From assembly GCA_965649825.1 (NCBI GenBank), contig OZ287704.1, positions 666,301-730,300 on the forward strand: 64,000 nt of DNA, read 5' to 3'. Below the pieces are notes generated by a model. It was given only the letters and a program-made list of their open reading frames with translations. It did no database searches and had not been told where the DNA came from. The number at the start of each line of letters is the position of its first letter. Position 1 is the stretch's first letter. Of the stretch, positions 38,650 through 51,859 are shown piece after piece. This DNA comes from Penicillus capitatus (taxonomy: Eukaryota; Plantae; Chlorophyta). The position numbers and the translations under genes were made by a program.

Positions 38650-39507
38650 TCAGGAATAGAAAGGCAAAATCTGTGTACAAACGTAGGCCCATGCCACGCC
38701 AGACAGTCCACCCACGAGCCATCCAGCCGTAAACTCATTCCACCTATATACGCACAAACAAACATCTGTCTCTTGTCTGTCTGACTGGACATGAAGGCAA
38801 CGATCACGCAGCACTGTAAACAAGAAAGCCTTTGTTCTCTGGGCGAGAAAGATCTTTGGAGTCACATCACACGAGGTGCAAAACTCCAAGAGTGAACAAA
38901 CACACCCATGATCAGACAGGAGGGCATTTCTCACTCTTACCCGTCAGCGCTTTGGAGAGGGTCCCGTTGGATCTCTCGGCCTGTCAAGGTCTTGAGTCCC
39001 ACCTGAGGCTCGTTATCTTGAAAGGTAACCGCGCCGTATATGGATAGACAGCCAGTCAAGATGGCCACAAGGCCAGCACCGGCAAGGCAGCCAGCGACTT
39101 CGGCAGTGCCGGGGACATTGCGCAGGGGACCGAGTTTGATGAAAGGACCGACGAGAAAGAATCCGTGCGTCAATCCGATTTCGACGCCTCGTAAGAGAGG
39201 CGCGACACCTGTCCTGTAGGCAGGCAGGTTCGAGAGGAACGACGCAACGATCGGTGCCGATGTCACAGGGGTCTCCAGCATCCCGATAAAGGGATCGCCA
39301 TTCAACGGCTGAATGATTTGTTTCTACGCAACCACGACACGTCGATAGCGTCGTCTCTTTGGATACGATGGCCGGTACTTTGGGCTCGGCATTCACCACA
39401 GTGTTCGTTCGTGCAGAGCTAGGACGCGAACGCAGTCCATAGATACCGACGCCCAACGGCGTCCTGGCGACGGCGGCGGGTTGGGTGAGCGTCGTTGAGC
39501 GGATCAT
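38650..39507 (-). CDS. PSAL: Photosystem I subunit XI (PsaL), nuclear-encoded
   Basis: QPLNGDPFIGMLETPVTSAPIVASFLSNLPAYRTGVAPLLRGVEIGLTHGFFLVGPFIKLGPLRN...DPLQSADG|WNEFTAGW. Confidence 0.98.
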
Positions 39508-39617
39508 GGTGGGAGGGAGATGATGCAAAACGACGGGCAACGACGATCAGATGGCGGACGCGCTTACGTGGCGAAGGATGTGGAAAATGAGACGCATTTA
39601 AGAGTCGTAAGACCAGG

Positions 39618-40364
39618 ATGTCCACAACGGTGTTAGAATTTGAACGTCATCCGAATCGCAAATTGCACGTGTGGCTCTTCACAGACGTCTCCAATGCCAA
39701 GTCTGAATGCCCATTGCGCTGCAGACGGTGTCGGATCTCTGTGCAAAGGGAAATAGGAGATGATATACTGAACAGGAAACTGCCGAGGGATTACAGTTTT
39801 ATCAATGCTCTTTATGTGCGTTTGTGTGAGAAGAGTGAAAAAGAGTGAGAAATGAAAGTGTAGGTGCCAGATGTGTTCCTTCTACACCTCTGTGCTTCGA
39901 AAGCACTGTTTGCAGAGAGTGCCAAAATGCTGCGATCGAAAAAACTGCATGGAGAGCTCATTGTCAATCTCTCTGGCAGCAAACATGTGCGTCACTCTTT
40001 GAAAATGTGTGAGAAATTGCGTGACTCGTGTGCTGTGGTGCGTAGATTGCGGCGAGTTTGAAAAAGTATGGGGCAGCAGATGATGTTCGGCATTTCTTGG
40101 TGGCAGCTTTCGATCCATCCGAAGCGGATGCCGAATTTATCACGACCTATGTCAAAGGGACCACCCGGCCGGTTTCGGAATTGGATCAAATCTGCGACAA
40201 AAATCTTGTGCGAAAAGTGTGATCCCTGCCTGTCCCATCACCCCACTCTATCGCACAAATGTTTGTCGCAGACGTTCAAGATCACTCCCCGCGAACTCGA
40301 AATCGGATCTCTGATGGATGCTGTCGCTTGCCGTGTGGCGGCGCATGACTTAGAAAAGACATGA
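39618..40364 (+). CDS. CGI121: KEOPS/EKC complex subunit CGI121/TPRKB
   Basis: Spliced LHVWLFTDVSNAK...SKALFAE...LRSKKLHGELIVNLSGSKH|IAASLKKYG...FKITPRELEIGSLMDAVACRVAAHD. Confidence 0.88.
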
Positions 40365-40422
40365 AATGTACAGGCCTCGCACACAGAGGCAGCAATTTGT
40401 TACACGAGCGAGCAAACAAATG

Positions 40423-43400
40423 TCATGAATCGAGCACACGTTCCGTATCCAGTGCATCACAGGCACTTCGCAAGGCTCCGTGCATGACTGTGACAGCCGC
40501 CGAGGCCGGTGCCAGAAGAGCACGAGGTGCTGCCCATAGGGCTTTGGTCATGGCCACACCGATCCCTTCTCCGGAACGGACGCTCTGGATGGGCTCAGTA
40601 ATGACAGAGTGTGCGGCACGCCTCAGCGTCGATCGTGCTCGACGTAGACTCGATGATGTATCGGAAGTCGCAGGGGTCACTGCTGTACCATCCATCACCA
40701 GATGCATGCCCTCTGCTCCGTTGGCACAGAGATTGAGCACCTCCAGCGAAAAGACACGTCCGAATTCTCCCAAAGCACGCGACAGAGAGCGCGACTGAGA
40801 AACGGCAACGCCTCGAATGTCCTGCTCGGCGGGTTCTGTCCGCATCACTTTGCAAATGGCGGCGTGAACGACATCCTGTGCAGCCGGAGACACACGCTTG
40901 AGCACACCCAGTGCAGGAAAGCCTCCCAACAATCGATGTTTCTGTACGAAACAGTATGTCATTCATTCAGCGTTCGGTCAGTGGCATGAGCGCGTACCTC
41001 AGAATGTGTGATGTCATGTGTCCAGCTACTGACAATGTGTGAGAGAAGGTTTTCCCATCCAGATATACCGCACACCTTGATTTCATTGAGGAAAAATTCC
41101 AGTCCTTCCCACTGGACCATATTGATCAATTCGCTTGTCCTCCCACGCTTGAGCCGATCCAAATCGACCTTTCGAGGACAGTAGTCCACGACAACAAACA
41201 AAGCAGACACCGCACTTCTCTGAAAATACACACCACCTGCACACATCTCGCATTCAATGATGCCTCTCCCAATGATCCCCCGTACCCGATGCGTATCCCG
41301 CGGATGGCGGGAGGCTGCTCATGAAGAGATTTGCAAAATCTGTGAGGGATTGCGAGAGTCTGAGTCTGAGGGGCACGACTTGAAGGCCGACACGCATCTC
41401 TGTGGTTTTGGTTGCCTCTTTAGCATCCGGCAGCACCGTTTCCAGTGTTGCTCGGAACATCGGAGCACTGAGCGTTTGTTGTTGATTCAGTCTCTTGCTG
41501 CATTCCGTTCGCAGCTGTGATCGATTACGCTCCAGGACGCATTTCTCCTCTCCAGAATCGCGATGGTATACAATTCTGCATTCCTGTACAGATACTGTCC
41601 ATCGATTCTTGTAATGGACTCCAGGATGAAACTGTGCATAATGCAGGTGGACGCCTTCGCCCAAGAAATCCACATGCTCCGAAGGATCCAATCCAAAGAG
41701 AGAACAGACGAGTGACAACTCCAGACAACGAACGTTCCATGCGACCGGCATCGTACCAGAGGACTGCTCATGACCTAGCACGGATGCATCCATGATGCCG
41801 TATGGCGACGGAAAGTGGATGTAATCTTCGTGAATGCTCAACTGTCCGCCGTCTATCCAAGCGGCCGATGATTCTTTTCTGTCTCCCCTCTCTTTCGGAA
41901 TGAGATCGTCGATCACGATGAATCCGTCTTCATCCTCCTCACGCTCTACGATCTGACTGAGGATGGATCTCTTTTCGGCGGCGGTGTCATCTTTCTTTGC
42001 GGCGAAGGTATCATCCGCAATTCCTTGCAGAACATTGAGCGATGTCTCTTCTCGGAGATCGACCTCCATGACGTCTTCTCGATGAAAGAGAGATTTAACG
42101 GAATGCATGATACGGATCAGACGACCCAAACGATCCGGATCGACTTCGACAGAACACCACGCATTGCGGATTTCGACATCGGTTCCTTCCTCTTTGGGAC
42201 GCAACGAACATTGCAGATGCTTCTCGTGAAAGATCTTCTGGATCATACCATCCGTTGATCCGATATTCAGTGTGACGTCCAAGACCTCAGCTGTCAATCT
42301 CTCAAGATCTTGAAGCGTAAAATGCAGTCGATCAATACTGACCTCCAATGAGTCGCCAGTACTGGCAGCGTCTGTTGCGTCAACTGTTCTGAAGGATGCA
42401 TGAGAGTCATGAACGACATAGGAGATCGTGTTCTCCGCTTCGATATCCGTTTGGATTCGGTCCTTGTTCTTTTCGAGCAGTTCGCTCACGGCATCTGCCA
42501 TCCATCTGAGAGAAAGGACAGACCGATCGATATCGAGGCGCAGCGTCTTCTGTCGTATGGCCAGCCATTGTTTGAACTTTGCGTTTCGGTAATCCAGTTC
42601 CGAAACCTCGAAAAACTCAACACCCGGTTCGTCCAGATCCAGCACGCCTCCACCTCCAACGGAACAGAGTGGATGATCATTTACGTAAACGGACTTCAGT
42701 GTTCGGACAGAGACAGCAAATGTGGATATCGTTTTTCTCTGGACACCAGAGACAAGACAGATCTCTGTATCCTCCATTTCCAGTTCCAGAGGATGTCGCG
42801 CTTCCTGTTCTTTTACTTTTAACACAACATGCTCTGCGTTCAGCAGGAGCACCGATTGAGAAGAGCTCTCCAGCTTCATCTGGTCTGCCATCTTAGCCGG
42901 CCGCCAGAAATGCAGTACGGTATCCATAACTGTCTCCATGTCGTGTGTATCCACATCTAGCTCTGCCGACTCGAGGTCGAGTTCGATCACGATGTCTGCT
43001 GAGTGCACACACTTGCCTTCGAATTCCACACGATTCAGTCTCCGTTCCTGGAATCCTGCCTCTTCTGTCTGGGCCATCGTATGGACTAGATGATGCGCGA
43101 GGTTCGACAGATCGCTGGCGTGATGTCGTTGCTCAATGGCATTCCGGATGTCAACGGACAGGGCTTTGCCGCATGCTCGTGCCGAATCTGCGATTCCAGA
43201 TCGATGTACCGTACGGTCTGTGCAAGAGAGAACAGGACGACATCCCACGATCGTTCCACGGCGACACAGGCAGTGATAGAGACCGAGTCTGGCGATGGAG
43301 ATGGATGTCACACTGAGCCGCGTCGGAATGAACCCGTGCAATCGATGGCTGTCATAAGATGGTCTCTGCGTGACCAATGGACCATCCGCCACCGATTTTA

Positions 43401-44947
43401 ATTCCAAAAACAGCAGTCCAGTTTCCGCCGTGTCCTGGTTTCTGGCCCTCTCCATCACACCATACATTCCCGGAAGATTCCATTCGAATTCGACCTCCGG
43501 TAACGGCGCTTTGGCTTCCGTTCGACGGACAGGAAACGAAAACGTGCTGAGAAGAGTGAGTGCTCGCTGAACAGATGCACAGCTGCACCAAAAAGTAAAG
43601 GGATCCGATTCCATCGATCCCAGATAGGCATTGCCCTCCTTTCGGATCTTCAGATGCAGACATGCCTTCTGTCGGAGCTGAGGAAAACCAAACTGCCAAT
43701 ACGCGCATTGCTCTTCGCAGGAACGCATCATAGAGTGCAATGTCTGCGGAATTTCGGACCTTGTCGTGCACGGCGTCATGGGATCGGCACCGGGACTTTT
43801 GTCGACGAACCTCATCCCTCCGACACGCATCTCCAACTCTCTGCGATCTCCGTGTGTCCCTTGACACTGGACATCTTTCAGATCGAGCAGAAACGCAAGT
43901 TGGGCGCCTTCGTCGGACGTTCCGCGGATCATGACCTCCGTTTGATGCACTTCTGCGGAGAAATCGATCGACCGGAACGGGGATGCTTCCTCCTCGAGAG
44001 GCACATCTTCACAATCAAAGAATGCCGAGTCCGAAACATCTGAGTAGACAGAGCTCGTTCTGGAAAGGTCCATTGCATCGTAGTAGACAGAAGACGCTGT
44101 GTCCATAGCATCTCCAAAATCGCTGTCGTCTCCATCCTCCAGCGACAACAGTCTTTTCACACGATGCCACACATCTGATGTGACATCGAGCTCTGCGCGA
44201 TCGATCTGCAGGCGACTTTCAATTCTGTCCGTGTCTGAAAGGCCCAGCATCAATGCCACCGTCTTGAGGGCGAGAATGCGTTGGTCCTCTGTGGATGTGT
44301 GTGGCAACGACAGGTAGACTGTTCCCACTGTCACTCGAGGCTCCACTTTGCCGCAGCTGTCCTCTGTACACGTTGCTGCTTGATACTGTACATCTTCCAT
44401 TTCCATCTGCAGCGTGGCGTTTCGCTGGGTTTCTAACAGAAGAGTAAGATGCTGAATCTTGACGCCTAGATTTGATGTGAACCATTTCCAGACCGTATGG
44501 GCAATGGGAGCCGCACTCTTCCAGATAGCACCCAACGGCAAGAACCCCATAATCCCGCTGTCCTTGTTCCCTTCTGACATCGTCTCATTTTTCGCAGTCA
44601 GTGCTGTTGCCAAATGAATAGTCACTCTTTCAAGTTCCAATGATGTACGACAGGTGGCTAAATCAATGACACGGAGCTCTGCTCGAGTCGCATGTCCTCT
44701 TCGAAGTTCCAATCCAAAGGCAGCCTAGAAACGCCGTCCCCTCGACAAAGTGCATTCAGATGTGACAGGCGCATACGAGTTCCGTATTGAAAGCTGTGGT
44801 GTTCAGCAGAACATTGCGAAGTGTGACCTGTTTGCGATGCAGTTCGAGGGCGAGGGTTTCGGGGTCTCCTTCGACGACCAAGTACCGACCACAGATATTT
44901 TGCAAGACGGTTGCCAATGGACTGCTGACAAAACTGCGCACGTTCAT
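40423..44947 (-). CDS. ATG2: Autophagy-related lipid transfer protein 2 (VPS13/ATG2 family), compact
   Basis: Chorein-N-like start (NICGRYLVV...LELHRKQVTLRNVLLN); C-terminal YFQR...VVDYCPRKVDL..LKRG...ELINMVQWEG...W..DI; ATG_C-like amphipathic tail; one ~3.4-kb exon. Confidence 0.8.
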
Positions 44948-45159
44948 CGTTGCGAAGCGAAATTCCGGGTCAACCCCGTCGGACAACTCCACTGATGTGA
45001 CAGGTTGTCCGTCCATGATGTAAGAAATGATGCAGCAGCATGTATCGAATGAGTTCATCAGAAAACGAAAGCGAAAATACATCAGACAGCGAGATATACT
45101 GAAGAGGTACAGCCAAAGCAACCACGTCAAACAGAGAGAACACGGTGTTCAGTGCTATC

Positions 45160-46771
45160 AAATCATGCGGAGATTACATGTGATGATGCGAAGTCTGCCG
45201 TCCCTGTCGGATTTCACTTCCTATTGTCGCTCCCCTTGTCATAAAAGAAGCATCTGACAAGACAGGACCCACTCAGCGATACCATAGGACACATGATCCA
45301 TACCATCAGGCTTGGACAAGCCGCCACTGCCGTTTCGGTAGAGTAAAGGTTGTGGAGGATCTTCTTGAGATGTACGGGGTTGGCTGTCTTCGAGCTCTTC
45401 TTGGGGAATACTCAACATTCTCATGATATGCGTGCCAGACAGTATCACTTGATCGGTCGGATCAGACAAATCGCACGTATCTTTGGCAACTCTAGATGTA
45501 CTGCCTTCCGATTCATCGCGCCCATGTTTACTATCGTTGGGCTGTTTCAGATTCGATGGTCTCAGCCCTGCCAAGCGCTGGCTGAGCTGAACCCGTCGCG
45601 ATTCTGAAGATTCATCCGATTCCACGCGCTGCATAGGAATACTGGACGTTTGTTGTCGTACTTCTTGCTGTTGCTGTTGCTGAGCAGATGCTGTCTACAG
45701 GGAACGCACCCCACATCTGAACAAACAGAAACGGCAAATGGAAGTAGTGCTTACGACATCAGGTGATCCGCCAGCAATGTAGTCCTCATAAGACATTCCG
45801 GTCGTTTGAGGTGGCCGAAACACAGGCGGCGGCGGTCTCTGTATCAGTGGAGATGTGACATCCTCGCGTGGTTGCTCTTGGTGGCCTTCTGGACGTCGTC
45901 TTCGTGTGTCTTCTCGACTGGGCATCATGCTGTCGACCAAAAAACCGCATCCCGACGAAGAAAGAGTGAGAAAGGAGAGATCTCACTCCCATGGGTCTGG
46001 ATCTGTATTCGATGGAGGTGGATCCATAGAATTGTCTCTCTTCAAGCTTGCCGTGTCTTCTCGGCCGACCATCGGTTCGTTTTTCGAATCAAATTCCGAC
46101 AGGTTTGTATCGACAGTGTCACCCATATTAAACATAGGTTGTTGCTGTGGTTGTACCGGCGCAATAGGGGGCATCATCACTTGTCCAGGTCGAACAAACA
46201 CCTGCTGCGTTCCGTACTGATCCACATATGTCATCGGTTGTACAGCTACACAAAACATGATGTGACATCTGCTTCTGCATACCTCTCTCGGTGACGTCTT
46301 ACCTGGCGGTAAAGTCGGTTGCATGTACATCTGTTGTCCACCAGGAGGATAGACCATTGTTTGGGGAGGGTGTGGGATGGAGGTTTGCGGTGGTCGTGGT
46401 AAGGACGGAGTCTGGTGGTGCATCTGTCCAGTGTACGATGGCTTATGTGCTTCAATTTGGGCCTGAGCTTCAGCTTCTCTCCAGATTCTCGCCAGAGCAA
46501 CGCAATGACACAACAGATGCGCCAAAAAATCACCTGCAGCTGAGCCATCCAAACCGTACTTCCTTCTCATCCGTTCCCTCAACATCCATCCGCAGCAAAG
46601 ACAGTATCCTCCAATGCATGATTCGACCACTCCTGCAGGGGGTTCTTCGAATTGCTCAGAGGTGGCGTAGTATGCCAGAGCAGGACAGAGAATGGAAGCA
46701 AATAGTACACGACAGTCGCCAAAAATCCCTAAAATATTTGTCCTCCACGGCAACGGCACTGTCGATGCCAT
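45160..46771 (-). CDS. PLAC8 (Cys-rich) domain protein with long P/Q-rich disordered tail; 3' end approximate
   Basis: WRTNILGIFGDC...ILCPA...GYCLCCGWMLRERMRRKYGLDGSAAGDFLAHLLCHCVALARIWRE. Confidence 0.85.
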
Positions 46772-46975
46772 CCGCTGAACGAAATCGTTGATTTATTTGC
46801 TATCTCTCGGTCCGAGCGCAATGTTGACACATACAACGGACAGTTGGTAAAAACGACCGACGCGAGAGGCAAGGTGATAGGTTATGACGTGACGTCTGCA
46901 TTACTGAACCTTTTTGAGCGGCAATGTACGGAAGACCACACTCTTTGTTTATAGCGCTGTGGCGGAGAGCGTCTG

Positions 46976-47800
46976 ATGAATCCGGCGGCCATGTCTTTTG
47001 ATCAATCTGCGTCAGGTCGTCGATGGAAATCGTCACTCTTGTCACTCTATCAGGAACCCGTCCTTCTGCTCTCATCCGTCCTCTGTCCATGCGCTGCTTA
47101 CCGTAACGCCTCGGCGGCCTTTGAGAAAGAACCGGCGGATTGCTGTGAATCTGTCTGCGGTGGTGTCTGTTTTTGCTGCGGATTTGACTTGCGGTCGAGG
47201 TTTCGCGAGAAATACAATCTGCGTGGGAACGAAGGACAGGACTTCTGTATTCACTGCTGGTGCAATTGCTGCGGGTTGGCCCAGATACGAAGAGAGGCGG
47301 GACTGTGGAATGTGGACAGAGAACGGCCAAAAGCAACGCGTGTAACAGAACCGGGTCCGTCGAAGAGTGCTGGAACGCAAGACGAGATATCGGTCGCTGG
47401 CGAAATCCCACTTATTGAACGTCCGAAACAGACGGAGGAAGAGATTGTCGCGGACGTCCGGAATCCAACTCCATTCTCTAACAGTCAGCAACACATCACT
47501 CTTTCTCACACATTCTGTCTAAACCTCCCCTCATGTTTAGCACCTGAAAGCCGTTGGGCAGAACATGCCAGTCACATTTCTTATACGCCAACTCACGGGT
47601 AGGAGGCACACGGCCCCACCAGTCACGTGTCATGTGTTCTGCTCAGGACTCTGGGTGAGACGACGAGGACAGCATTGGAGCTGGGAGAGCTCATGGATCG
47701 AGTAGAGCATCCATCAGGCGAAGTGGAAAAAAATGTCGATGCTGGGGGCACAGAGACAATGGCAGATCTGATCAACGGCAAAAGACCGGTGCAGGTGTGA
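46976..47800 (+). CDS. PLAC8 (Cys-rich) domain protein, paralog 2; 3' exons uncertain
   Basis: WKSSLLSLY...VLCPC...CFCCGFDLRSRFREKYNLRGNEGQDFCIHCWCNCCGLAQIRRE. Confidence 0.85.
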
Positions 47801-48196
47801 TACTTGGACGTTTATCCAACGACGACACATGCACCGACACATACGCATTTTATTTCCACGAATCACTCGTTTCCACTAGCTGTAGCCTAACCGTCGGAAT
47901 CTTTGTTTCATGCTTGCGTTATCGAGCCAGTTTATGAATTTATCACATTCTGGGAACACTTGGTTTTCTGGGACACACAACGCAGGTGGTGGCGGGTCAT
48001 TATTAGGTTTCGAGCATATCGCATGGTTTTCCTATTGGACACTGCTCGTGATGCTGCCGTGTGACCACAAGTCCGCGGGATGGTACGTGGTGCCCCCTTT
48101 TAATGACTCTGTTGAATGCGAATGCTCTGCATGCATCTACACGACACAAAGTGCAATTCATGATTACATCTGTTCATTACGTGGCAATCGACACGT

Positions 48197-49468
48197 ATGG
48201 CGCTGTGGACGGAGAAGGTGCCGTTTCCTTTTGTATTCGATCAAAAGAGCCAGCCTGCTATCTAGTATTGCCCGAAAGAGCAGGGAGCCTTCCGTATTCA
48301 CAAGGGCATTGTCGAACGCTTCGAACGCCTTGTAAGTTATGGATATCTGTCGATGCTCATGCAGGTGTATAGGCCTTGACGTCGGATCTGCCACATTTGA
48401 TTCTGAATGGACAGTCGGGATCGGGCAAGACCGTTCTTGTTCGGCAACTCTTGCGACAGATCTTCGGCTCGACTGCTGATCAGGTAGCGCCGCAGCGATG
48501 GGACGGTGATTTGAGTGTCACATCAATGAGGTAGGTGTCTATGACCCATGCGCCGACGACGCTGCAGGTTTCGAGCACGAGGAAAGTGGAAATCGACATT
48601 CGTTCGTTCTGGAGTCCTGTCCATGTCGAACTGACGCCATCCGATTATAAGCAAAACGACATCCACGTGATCCAACACGAAATGAAGCAGATCGCCAATC
48701 GAAGACTGAAGCATCCCTTTGGCGTCCTGGTGCTCAACAGCGTCGAAAACATGAGCAAAGGAGCGCAACATGCGTTGCGGAGAACAATGGAGAAAGCTTC
48801 AAAGTACTGTCGGATCGTGATGTGTTGCTCCAATCTTTCGCAAGTGGCACCCTCGGCCCATGATGTGACGTCTGGGCAGCGTATCGTCTGCCATAGGTGG
48901 TGGACCCCATCAGGAGTCGCTGTACGATCGTCCGCGTGCCCTGTCCGACCACAATTGAGCTCTGTGGTCTGTTGCGAGATATTACAAAGGCAGAAGGATC
49001 TGAGATCGAGAAAGAGACGATCGAGGATATCGTTGGCAGCGCCGGACGGAACATTCGTCGCTGTATCCTCTCATTACAGGCCGTTTCTCTGAGACGTCAC
49101 TATACGGGATCGTCGAATGCGATCCACGAACCCGAATGGAGAATGAAGATTCGGGTGAGGGAGATATGAAGAGACGCAGGGTGAATGGGGTGCTGTAGGA
49201 GATGTCTGAGCAGATGCTGAAAGATCTGGATGCCAAGACAGTGTTTGAGATGCGGAAGGGTCTCTACGAGTTGCTCGCCAGTTGCATTCCGCCGTTGACC
49301 ATTCTGTCGACATTTTTCGACGAACTCCTGCCGAGATTCACGGAGGATGAGCTGCACGAATTCATCAGAGTGACAGCGCACTATGATCAGGAGCTTCGGA
49401 ATGGAGGAAAGTATATTTTTCATTTGGAAGCTTTCGTTGTGGAAGTCATGAGTCTCTGCTCTGGATGA
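48197..49468 (+). CDS. RFC3: Replication factor C small subunit (human RFC3 / yeast Rfc5 type)
   Basis: MALWTEK|YCPK, DLPHLILNGQSGSGKT, HVELTPSD, QHALRRTMEK, PIRSRC (SRC motif), GRNIRRCIL, IFHLEAFV. Confidence 0.9.
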
Positions 49469-49703
49469 GCGTGACGCGTCAGACCCTTGACGCACGTCAC
49501 ATCAGACAGAGGACCGTAAAAGAGTGATAGATGCCTGTCGCACGACGGTTATGTGACATCGAAAGAGTGACGATGATCCGAAGACGTGTCTGTGTAGTTA
49601 GACGTTTCGCGCTCTCGAAAATCGTCGCTTGGCGGCTGTGGTGGGATAAGAAGCGTCGAGAAACAATTGAAAGATTTTTGCACGTTGATGGAGAGATCTC
49701 TTC

Positions 49704-50901
49704 TCATACAATTTCCAATGGACGGTCCTTCCATCCAAATTTATCTTTGTGTGCGTTGTAGATACGAGTGAGTTCCTCGATCACTTTTTCGTGAAGCTTA
49801 TCCACAGCTTCTTTAAAATTCGGATCGTCGGCCGAAACAGCCGATTCCACTTTAACAGGTCGACCCACCACCATATAGATCGGATGCGGCTTCGGAATGG
49901 GCAGACCCCACCTACCATCACCACACGTCACATCGTGCGCGCACAATCTCTGTCGTTTACCGTCCGACCATGATGCCGACACTGATCCTCATCTTTCTGC
50001 AGAGATCGATGAGCGATTTTGGACCGATGGAAAGAATCCTGCTGTTTCCAAAATGGAAGACAGGGACGATGTCAACGCCATTCGTCAAAGCTAATCGTAC
50101 AAAGCCCTTTCGGCGACTTAACAAAACCTAAAGCCGCCATGGCATACAACACAGCCTCTTGATTGCGGAATGCCCCACCTGCTCTTTCGTTTCGTGCTGC
50201 ATGAACATCTCTGCAATGCCGCCGACGACGATCGCCACCGAAGCTTTGGAGATGAGCGCATTGAAGTGTTTCTTGTCTGCCGGTTGTGACCCCAACATAC
50301 ACATGAAGTGTCGATAGAGGGGAATCTTAAACAGTACATCTGCTGCCAGAGAATAAATCTTCTCGCCCGGAAACATCTTGGTAATGAGCGTTCCTGCTAG
50401 AAGGGGACCGATCGGAAACGTCCCGTGCGGAAACTCGGCAAAGAGATACCTCCGCCTAGGCGACAACTTCTGCACACCAAGTAGTTTGCACAAAATCTGC
50501 CGAGTTATGTGCTGGAGGACCTCTTCCATGTAGTAGGAGAAACTAAAGTACTGTCTCCAGAGTCTGAAGATCTCGAGGTTCAGAAAAGCTTCCGAGAAGA
50601 GAGGGCATGGCAGCAAGAGTGTCGATGCTATGAAGAGATTCAGGATCAAGATCGCCGGGACAAAGCTCAGCAGCAATAGAATAAACAGAATGTATGGCCA
50701 TGATGTGTACAGTGCTAGAGTGAACAGTGCGATTCCATGCTCCAGCAAGGACTGGTCCTCGACCATGCATTTCTCATCCGGATACACTCGCGTTTGAAGA
50801 GGGCAGGGATACGGTTCGTCCTCTTTGGTTTTATCTGAGGGTGCACCGTACGAGAGGGCGTCGCTTGGAGGATCATGCAACGCCGCATGGACCGAAGCCA
50901 T
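49704..50901 (-). CDS. DGAT2: Diacylglycerol acyltransferase type 2 (algal DGTT)
   Basis: WRQYFSF (YF), AEFPHG, VVGGIAEMF, RRKGFVR, IVPVFHFGN, MVVGRP motifs; N-terminal TM segment. Confidence 0.93.
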
Positions 50902-50978
50902 TCGAAGGGAGAAAAACGACGATGTTTGGAAATTGAATGCGGACGTCTGATCGATCGATCGATGACCGATCGTATTCG

Positions 50979-51792
50979 ATGAGGACGCTATCGATCGCCC
51001 GATCTCCGCGCCTACCGCGTCGCGATCATCGACGACGCATACGGTGCCGTTCTAGCCGTTCAGGGTTGACGAAAACACGTGCACCGCTGTCGTTGGGAGT
51101 AGGACCCACTCAATGGCGTCGTCTCTTCACAGAGGCGATGGCTTCAGGGAACTCGGACGATTGTGAAGTCAATGCTCATAGGCGGCAGCTTCTGTGCCGC
51201 AGGCGACATCATCGCTCAGACAATTTCCTCACTCTGTGGTGAAACGACGTTGCCCCTGTGAGAAATGGCGCTGAGTTCATGAGACAGGTGCGAAGAAGAG
51301 ATTGCACATTAATCCCGTTCAAGTGATTCGAACGGGAGGGTTTGGCCTTCTCTTCTACGGTCCAGGGCAAAACATCTGGTTTCGTGCCCTATATTTTCGC
51401 TTTCCTACGCAGTCCCTCAGACACACTTTTGCGAAAGTACGATCGTTGATTGGCTGCGTCCATCGATCTGCTGAATAGAGTGACCCCAGGTCCTGTTAAG
51501 TCAGATCTTGTGGGGTCCCACAACGGTCAGCGTTTCTTTTGCTTGGGCTTTTGTTTTCTCTGGACAAGCTGCAAAGCTGCCTGAGAAACTTAGAAGGGAT
51601 TTCTTAGCGACGCTGGTGACCGGATGGAGAATCTGGATTCCGGCAGCGTGCATTAATTTCAAGCTGATACCTCTCGAATCCCAAATCCTCTTCTCGAGCC
51701 TTGTCTCCATCTGCTGGACGACATATATGGGCTACCAATCCAACAAGGGATTCCCTCCAAAAAATGCGACCACCACACGGGATGGGTCTTAA
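50979..51792 (+). CDS. Mpv17/PMP22 family membrane protein with putative organellar transit peptide; start approximate
   Basis: GDIIAQ, FFYGPG, DQIVWGP, GWRIWIPAACINFKLIP...FSSLVSICWTTY. Confidence 0.85.
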
Positions 51793-51859
51793 AACAATGT
51801 GATCCGCCAATGTACACACAGACATACAGTGTTCTTTCTCTTCTCGGAGAGTATTGTGT

